Below are positions 30,924 to 39,997 of a stretch of 64,000 nt of DNA, one piece after another. The stretch lies in the NCBI GenBank assembly GCA_905235605.1, contig CAJOMF010000002.1, positions 4,918 through 68,917 of the forward strand, written 5' to 3'. Each line of letters starts with the position of its first letter. Position 1 is the first letter of the stretch. A model generated the notes under the pieces. That model worked only from the letters and a program-made list of their open reading frames with translations. It did no database searches and was not told where the DNA came from. The stretch is from an uncultured bacterium. Lineage in GTDB: Bacteria > UBP6 > UBA1177. Made by a program: the position numbers and the translations under genes.

Positions 30924-31882
30924 CTACCTGACACAGCGGACATAGTAGGTGCTACTCTTATAATAATAACCTATATGTCCATAATAGGAACTCATGAACC
31001 ACGCGCTATTTGTTTCTTTTGAAGTAGATGAAGACCACCACCATACACCAATCTCACTAGGCATATTTGGAAAATCTGAATACGGTGCTCCCGCTTTTTC
31101 ATAATTTACCAAAGATGCAAGCTCATTTTTATTCGGCAGTCTCCAGTCGGAATAACCTGCATAAGTCGAATTTTCGCAATAGTTCAGTGCCTGCTGCCAT
31201 GTTTTGTCAGTCGCATAGCTTTTCTGCCACATAAGACCTGTGCGTGTGTCGGTCACTGTTTTTCCGTCAGACGATGCCGTAAAATTGCCTGATGTGGCAG
31301 CATCTCGTATCCGCTGACACATAAAACCTTATAAGTGTTGGTTTTTAAATCATTATTGGTATCATATCCCTCATACCATCCGAATGTCGGACTGAATATA
31401 TAGGCATAACCGGTGTTTCCGTTGTATTGTTTTGATGTCCACAAATATGTGCTGTTCGACATCGGCATTCCCGTGAAACTGTAGTTTGTCGCAGGATTGT
31501 ATCTGCTGTTGTCAACGATTGTGAGCAGTTCCTGAGGAGTCGGAAGACGCCAGTCCATCGTGCCGTCATAAACCGACTGCATGCAGTGTTCATCGGCTTG
31601 CATCCAGCTCATCGCGGTTGTTGATGCGGCTTTCTGCCACTCGAAGTGCGTATAGCTGTCAACGGTCACGATTTCTTCGCCGGAGCCTTTCTGCGAGAAG
31701 TTTTTCTGCGTGCAGAAGCCGACTGCAGCATACTGGGCATCCTGTCCGAAGAAAGACGATCCGTAAACCGGGCACTCTGTCGTTGCTGACGAGTCGGAGC
31801 AGTTTTCTGCACACGGAGCAGTGCCTTTTGCGCTTGTTCCAAGAATCTCGGAACAGTCCTTTGCGGCGCCGGGATAGGGAGT
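30924..31882 (-). pseudogene. Start-less, frameshifted tandem DUF1566 (Fib_succ_major/Lcl-C) domain gene fragment
   Basis: Two DUF1566 units (WRLPTPQELLTIV...YKVLCV and WRLPNKNELASLV...YYVRCVR) sit in two frames, joinable by a 1-nt change in the T4 run near 31316. The open frame runs with no Met or signal peptide back to a TAA at 31883-31885 inside the G-tract hairpin. Confidence 0.5.
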
Positions 31883-31928
31883 TTAGGGAATTTAGGGTGT
31901 CTAGGGTGTCTAGGGAGGCGCCGCAAAG
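31859..31928. repeat. 12-bp perfect inverted repeat enclosing five tandem 9-bp TAGGGNNTN units (six GGG tracts)
   Basis: CTTTGCGGCGCC(31859-31870) and GGCGCCGCAAAG(31917-31928). Loop gggaTAGGGAGTTTAGGGAATTTAGGGTGTCTAGGGTGTCTAGGGa. Confidence 0.8.
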
Positions 31929-32208
31929 ATGATAAAAATTGATAAAAATATTGAAAATTATTAAGATTTTTCTTACAAAAGGCTATTTGCGAGTAATATT
32001 ATAATTGAAAGGGTTTGTTTGTTTACCGTACCACATTCAAAAAACCCTAATCACCTAAAAAAGCCGCGGGATTATAGGTATTTTATATAAAAAAGCAAGA
32101 CAAAAAGACACCGAATGTTGTCATTTTATTGTTCCATAAATTTTTAACAACAATTATCATTTGCTATCTTGACTTTAAAAATATTCTAATTTAAATTCTA
32201 AGAGTGAG

Positions 32209-32883
32209 GTGATTATGAAGCAGATCAGAGATCTTTACGAAAAGGACAAGCCGCGCGAGAAGCTGCTTTTAAAAGGGGCGTCTGCCCTCTCCAACCGGGA
32301 ACTTGTCGCCCTGATCTTCGGCAGCGGAGGAAAAGATCATCCGCTCATGACGATTTCGAAAGAGATCGAAACTCTGCTCGAGCATGAAAAGCTTGAAGCT
32401 CTCGACATCAGAAAACTTTCCGGAATCCCCGGTGTCGGCAACTCCAAGGCGTGTCAGCTTATAGCAACGTTCGAACTCGCCAAACGCTTTTATGTCGAAA
32501 GCGAAAAGCCTCTCATCAGAACTCCGAAAGATCTGCTGCCGCTCCTCAAAGACTACGCTGAAAAAAAGCAGGAACACTTTCTGACGATAACTCTCGACGG
32601 CTCGAGACGGGTGATAAACGTCCATCTCACCTTCATCGGAACTTTGAACTATGCGCCGCTGCACCCGCGGGAAGTTTTTGCCGTCGCCTGCACCGACCGG
32701 GCAGCATCGATCATCGTGGCGCACAACCACCCGTCAGGAAACATTATGCCGTCCGATGAAGACAAAATCATGACGAAACAGCTTCGTGAGGCTGGTTTTA
32801 TGATGGGGATCGAACTATTGGATCACATAATTTTTACGAAAGGAAACGGATTTTTTTCTTTTACGGGAAACGGGATCCTGTGA
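32209..32883 (+). CDS. radC: RadC-family JAB/MPN domain protein
   Basis: HNHPSGNIMPSDED JAMM motif plus HhH N-terminus. Likely ATG start at 32215. Sigma70-like TTGACT-17-TAAATT lies upstream. Confidence 0.8.
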   Translation: MIMKQIRDLYEKDKPREKLLLKGASALSNRELVALIFGSGGKDHPLMTISKEIETLLEHEKLEALDIRKLSGIPGVGNSKACQLIATFELAKRFYVESEKPLIRTPKDLLPLLKDYAEKKQEHFLTITLDGSRRVINVHLTFIGTLNYAPLHPREVFAVACTDRAASIIVAHNHPSGNIMPSDEDKIMTKQLREAGFMMGIELLDHIIFTKGNGFFSFTGNGIL

Positions 32884-35800
32884 CTAATTCATCTTGTTCA
32901 TGAGACCTTTCCAGCTTTTTTTGAGCTCGTAGATATCGAGGTCTACGACGCTTTCGTCCTTGAGACCGCTGATTTTAAGGAATGTTCCTGAAGTTACATC
33001 CCCTATTTCGCTGCATTCGCACTCTTTCATGGCTTCCTTGAAAGCTTCGGCATTTTCAGGTTTTACGGAAACTAAGATTCGACCGTTCGATTCGCTGAAA
33101 AGAAGCGTGTCGTTTCTCGTTATATCGCCCGATTTCGCCATTTTTTTGAGGTCTACTTTTGCACCGAAGCCGCCTGAGAACGCCGATTCCGCAACCGCTA
33201 TCGCAAAACCGCCGTCCGAAAGGTCGTGAGCGCTTTCAACAAGAGAGTGTTTCATAGCTTCATGCAGAGCGCGGTAGCTCTTCATGAACTTCGCAGAATC
33301 GACTTTCGGGACGAAGCCTTCGTGTTTTATGCCGTGGTAGAGGTAGTATTCGCTGCCGCCGAGTTCGTCTTTCGTTTCGCCGATAAGGAAGATTTTGTCG
33401 TTTTCGTGCTTGAAATCCATCGTGACCATCTTTTCGACGTCGTCCATCTTCGAAATGAGAGTGAAAAGAAGTGTCGGCGGGATCGAAATTTTGTTTTTGC
33501 CGCTGCCGTAGTCGTTGTGCATGCTGTCTTTGCCGCTGATGAGCGGGATCCCGTATTCGGTACAGTATTTGTAAAGCGCTTTGTTGGAGCGGACAAGCTG
33601 AGCAAGTTTCGCCTTTCCGTCGTCATTCTTTTCGGCATCGTAAATAGGATCAGGCCAGCAGAAGTTGTCAAGACCGCTCATGAAATCGGGGTCTGCACCG
33701 ACGCATACTGCGTTTCTGACGCCCTCGTCTATTACGCTTGCAGTCATGTGGAAACAGTCGATGTCGCTGAATGAAGGCTTGATCCCGTGGGATACGACGA
33801 TCGCGTTTTTCTTGAAAGGAGAAACTCTGAGAACGCCTGCATCGCTCGGACCGTCGTGCTCAACTCCGCAGAAAGGCTTGCCTGCGCTTCTGCCCTGGAC
33901 TTCATGGTCATACTGGCGCACCCAGTCCTCTTTCGAAGCGATGTTGACGCGGCCGATCATGTCGAGCAGGATGTGGTTGAGGTTGCTTTTTTCAGCCGGA
34001 ATGAACTGTTTTTCGGGCTGTTTTTCGCGGAAATTCCAAACCGCTTCGAGTTTGTATTTCGGGTTTCCTTTGTGGAGGAATTCCATTTCAAGATAAGCTG
34101 CGCGGATGTCGTTGTAGTAGATTTCAAGATAACCGGTGTTCGTGTATTCGCCGACGATCGTTATTTCGACTTCGTGGATGTCTGCGATCTTCTTGAGTTC
34201 TTCGTATTTTTCTTTCGGAACTGAAAGAGTCATGCGCTCCTGAGCTTCCGAAATGAAGATTTCCCACGGCTGCAGGCCCTGATATTTGAGCGGAACTTTT
34301 TCAAGGTTTATTCTCGCGCCGCCTGTATCCTGCGCCATTTCACCTACGCTCGAGCTGAGTCCGCCAGCGCCGTTGTCTGTTATTGCGTTGAAAAGGTCTT
34401 TGTCGCGAGCTTCGAGAATGAAATCTAGCATTCTTTTCTGAACGATCGCGTCACCGATCTGAACTGCCGTGACGGGGCTTCCTTCGTGAAGTTCCTCGCT
34501 GCTGAATGTCGCGCCGTGAATGCCGTCTTTTCCTACTCTTCCGCCCGACATGACGATGAGATCGCCCGCTTTAGCCTCTTTTTTCCACGACGGTTTGCCG
34601 TTGAGTTCCATCGGCATGAGTCCGCCCGTTCCGCAGAAAACTAAAGGTTTGCCGAGATATCTGTTGTCGAAGTAGATGGAGCCGTTTACTACCGGAATTC
34701 CGCTTTCGTTGCCGCCGTCTTTGACGCCTCTGTGGACACCTCTGAAAATCCTGCCGGGATGAAGAAGTTTTTCAGGGATCTCGCCGCGGAAGAAGGGGCT
34801 TGCAAAGCAGAAAACATCTGTGTTGAGGATCGGTTTTGCACCCATTCCGCAGCCGATGATGTCGCGGTTTACGCCGACGATGCCCGTGAGTGCGCCGCCG
34901 TACGGATCAAGTGCGCTCGGAGAGTTGTGGGTCTCGACTTTCATCGCGAAAAGTGTGTCATCGTCGATCTGGACGATGCCGGCGTTGTCGTCGAAAACTG
35001 ATTTGATCCACGGCTTGCTTTCAAGCATGTCGGTCGTCGTCTTTTTGATGCACGATTTGTAGAGCGAGTGTATTTCTTCAGCTTTTTCGGCAACCTTGTC
35101 TTCGTATTTGATATCAGCCGCAAAAATTTTGTGTTTGCAGTGTTCGCTCCAGGTCTGTGCGAAAACTTCGATTTCGCAGTCGGTAGCTTCAGCCGACATT
35201 CCGTGTTCGATCCTGTTTTTGATGACATCTTCGCGTCTGAAGTAGTCGCGTATCGCCTTCATTTCATCGATATTGAGTGCAAGAACGCGCGATCTCGAAA
35301 TTTTCATCAGGTCTTCGTCAGAAACGTCAAGTGCCATTTTTTCAACGGTCGGAGCAGTCTTGTCAACGACTCTGGGAACGGCATTTCCTATCCTCTGCCC
35401 TTTTGCCCACTGTTTGGCACTGAGGATCGAATAACGCTGGATAACGCCGTTTGCAAGCAGGTCTGAGGCGATTTTTCTGATCTCGTCTTCACTTATCTTT
35501 CCGCTGATGAGATACTTCCTGCCCGAGAAAACCATGTCGTTTTCACCGATAGTCCCAAGGAAAGTCTTGAGCCCCCAGAGAGCCGTTTTTCCTTCGTTGT
35601 CGGTAACACCCGGAAGGTATCCCGTCTCAACGATCCAGTCGAAGGAGTAGTTGTCGGCAAGGACTTCGCGCGTTTCGAAAACTTCAGTCACCGGATCTGC
35701 AAGGACTTCCGATGCAAACGCCGCGACCTGCTGCTGAGTGACATCCTCGCAGTCGATCAGATAAACTTTGAGCATCTTGACATCGGTGACCGTTCTGATC

Positions 35801-35889
35801 CCGAGATCCGTCTCGATCCTTCTTTTCCAGGTCAGACCCTGAGCGTCCTTCACATCTTCGTTCAAACCGACTTCAACTCTGAAAACCAT
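32884..35889 (-). CDS. purL: Phosphoribosylformylglycinamidine synthase, PurS-PurL fusion
   Basis: 1001 aa with PurS-like N-terminus and PurL AIRS/AIRS-C domains. Confidence 0.85.
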   Translation of the reverse strand: MVFRVEVGLNEDVKDAQGLTWKRRIETDLGIRTVTDVKMLKVYLIDCEDVTQQQVAAFASEVLADPVTEVFETREVLADNYSFDWIVETGYLPGVTDNEGKTALWGLKTFLGTIGENDMVFSGRKYLISGKISEDEIRKIASDLLANGVIQRYSILSAKQWAKGQRIGNAVPRVVDKTAPTVEKMALDVSDEDLMKISRSRVLALNIDEMKAIRDYFRREDVIKNRIEHGMSAEATDCEIEVFAQTWSEHCKHKIFAADIKYEDKVAEKAEEIHSLYKSCIKKTTTDMLESKPWIKSVFDDNAGIVQIDDDTLFAMKVETHNSPSALDPYGGALTGIVGVNRDIIGCGMGAKPILNTDVFCFASPFFRGEIPEKLLHPGRIFRGVHRGVKDGGNESGIPVVNGSIYFDNRYLGKPLVFCGTGGLMPMELNGKPSWKKEAKAGDLIVMSGGRVGKDGIHGATFSSEELHEGSPVTAVQIGDAIVQKRMLDFILEARDKDLFNAITDNGAGGLSSSVGEMAQDTGGARINLEKVPLKYQGLQPWEIFISEAQERMTLSVPKEKYEELKKIADIHEVEITIVGEYTNTGYLEIYYNDIRAAYLEMEFLHKGNPKYKLEAVWNFREKQPEKQFIPAEKSNLNHILLDMIGRVNIASKEDWVRQYDHEVQGRSAGKPFCGVEHDGPSDAGVLRVSPFKKNAIVVSHGIKPSFSDIDCFHMTASVIDEGVRNAVCVGADPDFMSGLDNFCWPDPIYDAEKNDDGKAKLAQLVRSNKALYKYCTEYGIPLISGKDSMHNDYGSGKNKISIPPTLLFTLISKMDDVEKMVTMDFKHENDKIFLIGETKDELGGSEYYLYHGIKHEGFVPKVDSAKFMKSYRALHEAMKHSLVESAHDLSDGGFAIAVAESAFSGGFGAKVDLKKMAKSGDITRNDTLLFSESNGRILVSVKPENAEAFKEAMKECECSEIGDVTSGTFLKISGLKDESVVDLDIYELKKSWKGLMNKMN

Positions 35890-35898
35890 GATTTCCTC

Positions 35899-36348
35899 CT
35901 ATAAATTTGATATCAAACCAATCATTTTTTCGGGATCATCCGCCGCAATGAGCCCTGCGCGTATTCTGGCATTGCTGCATAAAACCGAGATCTGGCTTAT
36001 CAGTTTTAGATAAAGCAGATTGTTCCCCTCAGGCACTATCAGCGTGAAAACAAGGCTCACGTCTTCGCCGTCGCTGCTTCCGTAAGGCATGGGTTCTGCA
36101 AGCGAAATGAGCTGCACAACGACTTCTTTCGAGCCTTTTATCCGGCAGTGCGGGACTGCGACACCCTTGCCGATCCCTGTTGAACCGTAAGTTTCGCGCT
36201 CCGTCAGGCTTTTAACGACCGAATCTTTGGAGATACCGGCGCACTTTTCAACGTTTTCCGCGATATATTTGAAAAGTTCTTCTTTCGTTTTTATGCCGGC
36301 ACGGCAGACAACAAGTTCTTTTTTCAGAAATTTCCCTATTTTGCACAT
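35899..36348 (-). CDS. ptsN: PTS EIIA-Ntr nitrogen regulatory protein
   Basis: 149 aa PTS_EIIA_2 fold, GVAVPHCR active-site His. Immediately downstream of rpoN. Confidence 0.7.
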   Translation of the reverse strand: MCKIGKFLKKELVVCRAGIKTKEELFKYIAENVEKCAGISKDSVVKSLTERETYGSTGIGKGVAVPHCRIKGSKEVVVQLISLAEPMPYGSSDGEDVSLVFTLIVPEGNNLLYLKLISQISVLCSNARIRAGLIAADDPEKMIGLISNL

Positions 36349-36350
36349 GT

Positions 36351-37880
36351 TCAGTTCCCGACCTCAAATTGATAGTTTCTCTTGCGCTCCCTTGCAAGCG
36401 GGATATTCATTTTCGAGCGGTATTTTGCAACGGTCCTGCGGGCGACTTCGATCCCTTCCCTGCTTAAAATGTTGGCGATGTCGTCGTCGCTGTAAGGATT
36501 TTCGCGGTTCTCCCCTTCGATTATCTCGACGATCTTCTGCTCGAGACGCTTGTTTGTCGTCAGATTGTCGTTCACCTGCTTTACGAAGAAGTATTTCAGC
36601 TCGAAGATCCCGTGCGGGGTCTGCGCGTACTTGCCGTTGGTAAGCCTCGAAACAGTCGCGATGTGGCGGCCGATGTCATCCGAAACGTCCTTCAGCGTGA
36701 GCGGCTTCAGAAATTTGTCGCCGTGCTCCAAAAACGCCTTCTGATGCGAGAAAATGCTTGCCGCGACCTGATAAAGCGTGCGGTTCCTGTCGCTCACCGA
36801 CTTGATTATCCACTCTGCATTTTTGTACTTTTCACGCATGAAATGCTTTTCATCGCGGTTCCTGGCATTTTTCATGTTGTCTTCGAAGAGCTCGGTTTTA
36901 AGGATCACCGTCGGCAGCATTTTGTCGTCAATGTAAATCACCGGCTCGCCTTCACGCATGAAAACCATGAGATCCGCCTTGACGTATTCAGTCCGCTCCT
37001 GCTCGTAACCGAATGCCGGATAAGGCGACGCGACACCGCTTCTGAAGAAAAGCAGAAGTTCCGAAAGTTCAGCCTGCGTGATGCCTAAACTGCCGCAGAG
37101 CGCGTCGAAATTCTTTTTTACGAGGAGATCAAGCATCGTCTCGTCGCTGAAAAGACGGTGGACCGATTTCTCGAATTTTTCAGGAATATCGACTGAACCG
37201 TGTTCTATAAAAATGAATCTCAGATATTCGGGGAAATTGCGGCAGCCGCAGCCAGAAGGCTCAAAATTTTTAAGGATCTCTCTGGCTTTCGCAACGGTTC
37301 CGGCATCAGTTGCTATCTGAACGGCGATATCTTCGTCACTGTCGGCAAGAAACCCTTTCGCATCAAGGTTGTAAGCCATATAAATCAGAACATCCTTCAG
37401 ACTTTCGGGATGAGATGAAACCGAGATCTGGAAGTCGAGCGACTGGGCAAAACTCTCTTCTTCAGGAATAGTGTTCTCAAAATTGAAATCGTTCGGGATA
37501 TCATTCGATTTTTTGAGATTGGTCTCTCCGAAATTATTTGACGAAGTTTCCCGTATCTGCTCCCAGTCGAAATCGGCGAGGATAGAACTCATGTCGGCCG
37601 AATTGTCGTTGATTTGAAGCGGAACAGTGACATCGGAACTTTTTGTATCTGCAACTTCAGTATCTTCACCGTGCGGGGAAACCGGTTCTTCCTGAATGTC
37701 GTCGCCCCAGTCTTCGACCTCGAGAAAAGGATTTTCCGATACTTCTTCAAGAATCATTTCGCGCAGTTCGAACTGATTTTTAAGCAGCATTTCTATGCTC
37801 TGGCGCATCTGCAGAGTCATCCTGAGATCGGTCTTAAGCACCAGATTCTGCTGCTGCTGCATTTTTAAAGAAGAACTCAT
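36351..37880 (-). CDS. rpoN: RNA polymerase sigma-54 factor
   Basis: RpoN box ARRTVAKYR with HTH, glutamine/acidic N-terminus, 509 aa. Confidence 0.9.
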   Translation of the reverse strand: MSSSLKMQQQQNLVLKTDLRMTLQMRQSIEMLLKNQFELREMILEEVSENPFLEVEDWGDDIQEEPVSPHGEDTEVADTKSSDVTVPLQINDNSADMSSILADFDWEQIRETSSNNFGETNLKKSNDIPNDFNFENTIPEEESFAQSLDFQISVSSHPESLKDVLIYMAYNLDAKGFLADSDEDIAVQIATDAGTVAKAREILKNFEPSGCGCRNFPEYLRFIFIEHGSVDIPEKFEKSVHRLFSDETMLDLLVKKNFDALCGSLGITQAELSELLLFFRSGVASPYPAFGYEQERTEYVKADLMVFMREGEPVIYIDDKMLPTVILKTELFEDNMKNARNRDEKHFMREKYKNAEWIIKSVSDRNRTLYQVAASIFSHQKAFLEHGDKFLKPLTLKDVSDDIGRHIATVSRLTNGKYAQTPHGIFELKYFFVKQVNDNLTTNKRLEQKIVEIIEGENRENPYSDDDIANILSREGIEVARRTVAKYRSKMNIPLARERKRNYQFEVGN

Positions 37881-38095
37881 GCGCCACCCGTCAAAAAAAC
37901 GGAAAATTATAATGCCAAAAAAGATGACGGCAAGATTTTTGCTAGAAGATATTCAGGCAATAGCAAAAAAACTTTCGCAGAGATTTTTTGTCAGGAAAAT
38001 GTTGACCGCCATACTGCGCTGATCCCCGGATCCTTCGATATGTTGCAGTTTTTTACCGATTTATTATAAATGGCTGTTTTTTGGCTTGGTGAACG

Positions 38096-39997
38096 GTGAT
38101 GGTCGACAAAAGTAAAATTTTCTGGTTTTTAAAAAAGTTTCTTCCGCGTTTTGATCTTTTCCTGTTACTTTCGGTCCTTTTTTTCACTCTGCTTAATATC
38201 GTTTTTCTCGTTATTGCATCTCAGAAAAACGGTTTTTCAATAACAGATCCCGATATCTGCTTTCATTTTGCGGTAAAACTGCTGTTTGATGCGGCATTTT
38301 TTCTTTTTGCGGTGCTGATACTCAAGGCTGTCTTCAGGATCGCGTTTGTTCCGGCGCTTTACGTCGCGGCAAATGCAACTCTGGCGGTAGCCGATATTCT
38401 GCTTTACTACTTCGGCAACACGCTTGTGGAGCGCGCTCATTTCGCTTTGATCACTCCTTACAGCGTCACTTCTTTCGTTCCGTGGTACGGATTCGTTGCG
38501 ATTTTTACGTTTATTTTCACCGTGTTCGCAATATCCTTCTTCTGCATACGAAAGATCCCGAAAGATAATCTTTTCAAACAGTCGGTTTTTTGGCTGTTGA
38601 TCTGTATGCTGCTGAACTGGTTGAATATTTCGGCATCGTCTCTGTTCGATAAAGACGAAAGGTTCGACCGTGTCATAACCGGTTTCAGGAACGCGCAGAT
38701 ATATTACGTCACGCAGAATCAGTGGCTCGATTTTATGACCGACGTGATTTTTCCCGCTTTGGGCAGCACATTTAAAGTGCTTACTCCTGTGACAGAAAAA
38801 TTTGTCGGCGACTACCGCCTTTTCTCTGAAGATTTTACGGTGACGAACGATTTTTCACCATACAGAAAAACGATCGACAGCCTCGGAATCGACCTCGGCA
38901 AAAAGGACAAGGAACCGCTTGATGCCGGAGAGTATTCGAGGGTTATATACATTTTTACAGAGTCGCTTTCGCTTGATGCACTTCCGTGCTACAACCGTAA
39001 AATAAAAGGAGATTTCGCAAACCGCTTTTTCTGCCGCAGCGACATTATGGAACAGACTTTCACCAATCTGGTAACCAGCGGATCGCCTACGCTGCAGGGA
39101 CTTACCGTCACGTTCAATTCGCATCCCAATTACAACATTCAGGAACCGACCGGACATAGAAATTCACTCCCGAAAATCTTGAAAAAGCAGGGTTTTAAGC
39201 CGGTTTTCATCAGAAGCGCCTCGAAATTTTTTGCTAATGAAAACCTTATTTTTCAAAATATGGGATTTTCTGAAATCATCGGACGGGAAGATTTCTTCGC
39301 AGATGAAAATTTGAAAAAATATATCTACGGATGGGGGCTTGAAGACAGGAAGTTATATGAACAAGTTATTGAATACATTAAGAAAAATAGCGGAGAAAAA
39401 CTGTTTGTTTCGATTCTGGGAACCGATACGCATCCGCCGGCGGGGCAGATGAAATATCTCCATTTGAAATATCCTGCAGCACCGAAAACAGAGAATATCA
39501 AAGACAAAGCTGCTAAACTGTGGCTGACTTCGGTCGACAGGATGGATCTCGACATCGCCGGTTTTATCGAAAACCTGGATAAAGAGGGGCTTTTCGACGA
39601 TTCGACACTGATCATAATTTCGGCAGATCACTCGTGTCCGCTCAACAATGTTACTGCGAAAATCCCGGGACATCCGAGAAACAATCTGGCAAAAATCCCG
39701 CTCATTTTTCTCTCAAAGCGCCCACTTCCGAAAGCAGATTTTTCGACCCGCGCGGATCAGACCGACATCGCTCCGACGATAGTTCATATCATGGGAATCG
39801 AAAAACCGGCAGGCTGGTGGGGAGAGAGTCTTTTTGCCGAAAAAAGAAATGGAAAGACAATAGGTTTCGATAAAAAATTTCTCTATTTTTCGGATGAAAA
39901 ATCGACAAAAACTATAAATACGGAAAAACCGGCAGACACTTCGGAAGAAGAAATCCTGAATCTTTTCAATACTGTATTTACAGAAAGAAGACCTTAG
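38096..39997 (+). CDS. LtaS/sulfatase-family membrane protein (alkaline-phosphatase superfamily)
   Basis: Five N-terminal TM helices plus a C-terminal sulfatase-like domain. 633 aa. Confidence 0.65.
   Translation: MMVDKSKIFWFLKKFLPRFDLFLLLSVLFFTLLNIVFLVIASQKNGFSITDPDICFHFAVKLLFDAAFFLFAVLILKAVFRIAFVPALYVAANATLAVADILLYYFGNTLVERAHFALITPYSVTSFVPWYGFVAIFTFIFTVFAISFFCIRKIPKDNLFKQSVFWLLICMLLNWLNISASSLFDKDERFDRVITGFRNAQIYYVTQNQWLDFMTDVIFPALGSTFKVLTPVTEKFVGDYRLFSEDFTVTNDFSPYRKTIDSLGIDLGKKDKEPLDAGEYSRVIYIFTESLSLDALPCYNRKIKGDFANRFFCRSDIMEQTFTNLVTSGSPTLQGLTVTFNSHPNYNIQEPTGHRNSLPKILKKQGFKPVFIRSASKFFANENLIFQNMGFSEIIGREDFFADENLKKYIYGWGLEDRKLYEQVIEYIKKNSGEKLFVSILGTDTHPPAGQMKYLHLKYPAAPKTENIKDKAAKLWLTSVDRMDLDIAGFIENLDKEGLFDDSTLIIISADHSCPLNNVTAKIPGHPRNNLAKIPLIFLSKRPLPKADFSTRADQTDIAPTIVHIMGIEKPAGWWGESLFAEKRNGKTIGFDKKFLYFSDEKSTKTINTEKPADTSEEEILNLFNTVFTERRP

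Noticed and set aside
31666-31926. 86-aa minus-strand ORF beginning PRHPRHPKFPKLPIP
   Set aside because: It is a translation of the C-rich strand of the TAGGG repeat array from an alternative start codon. It overlaps the DUF1566 frame. Not a gene.
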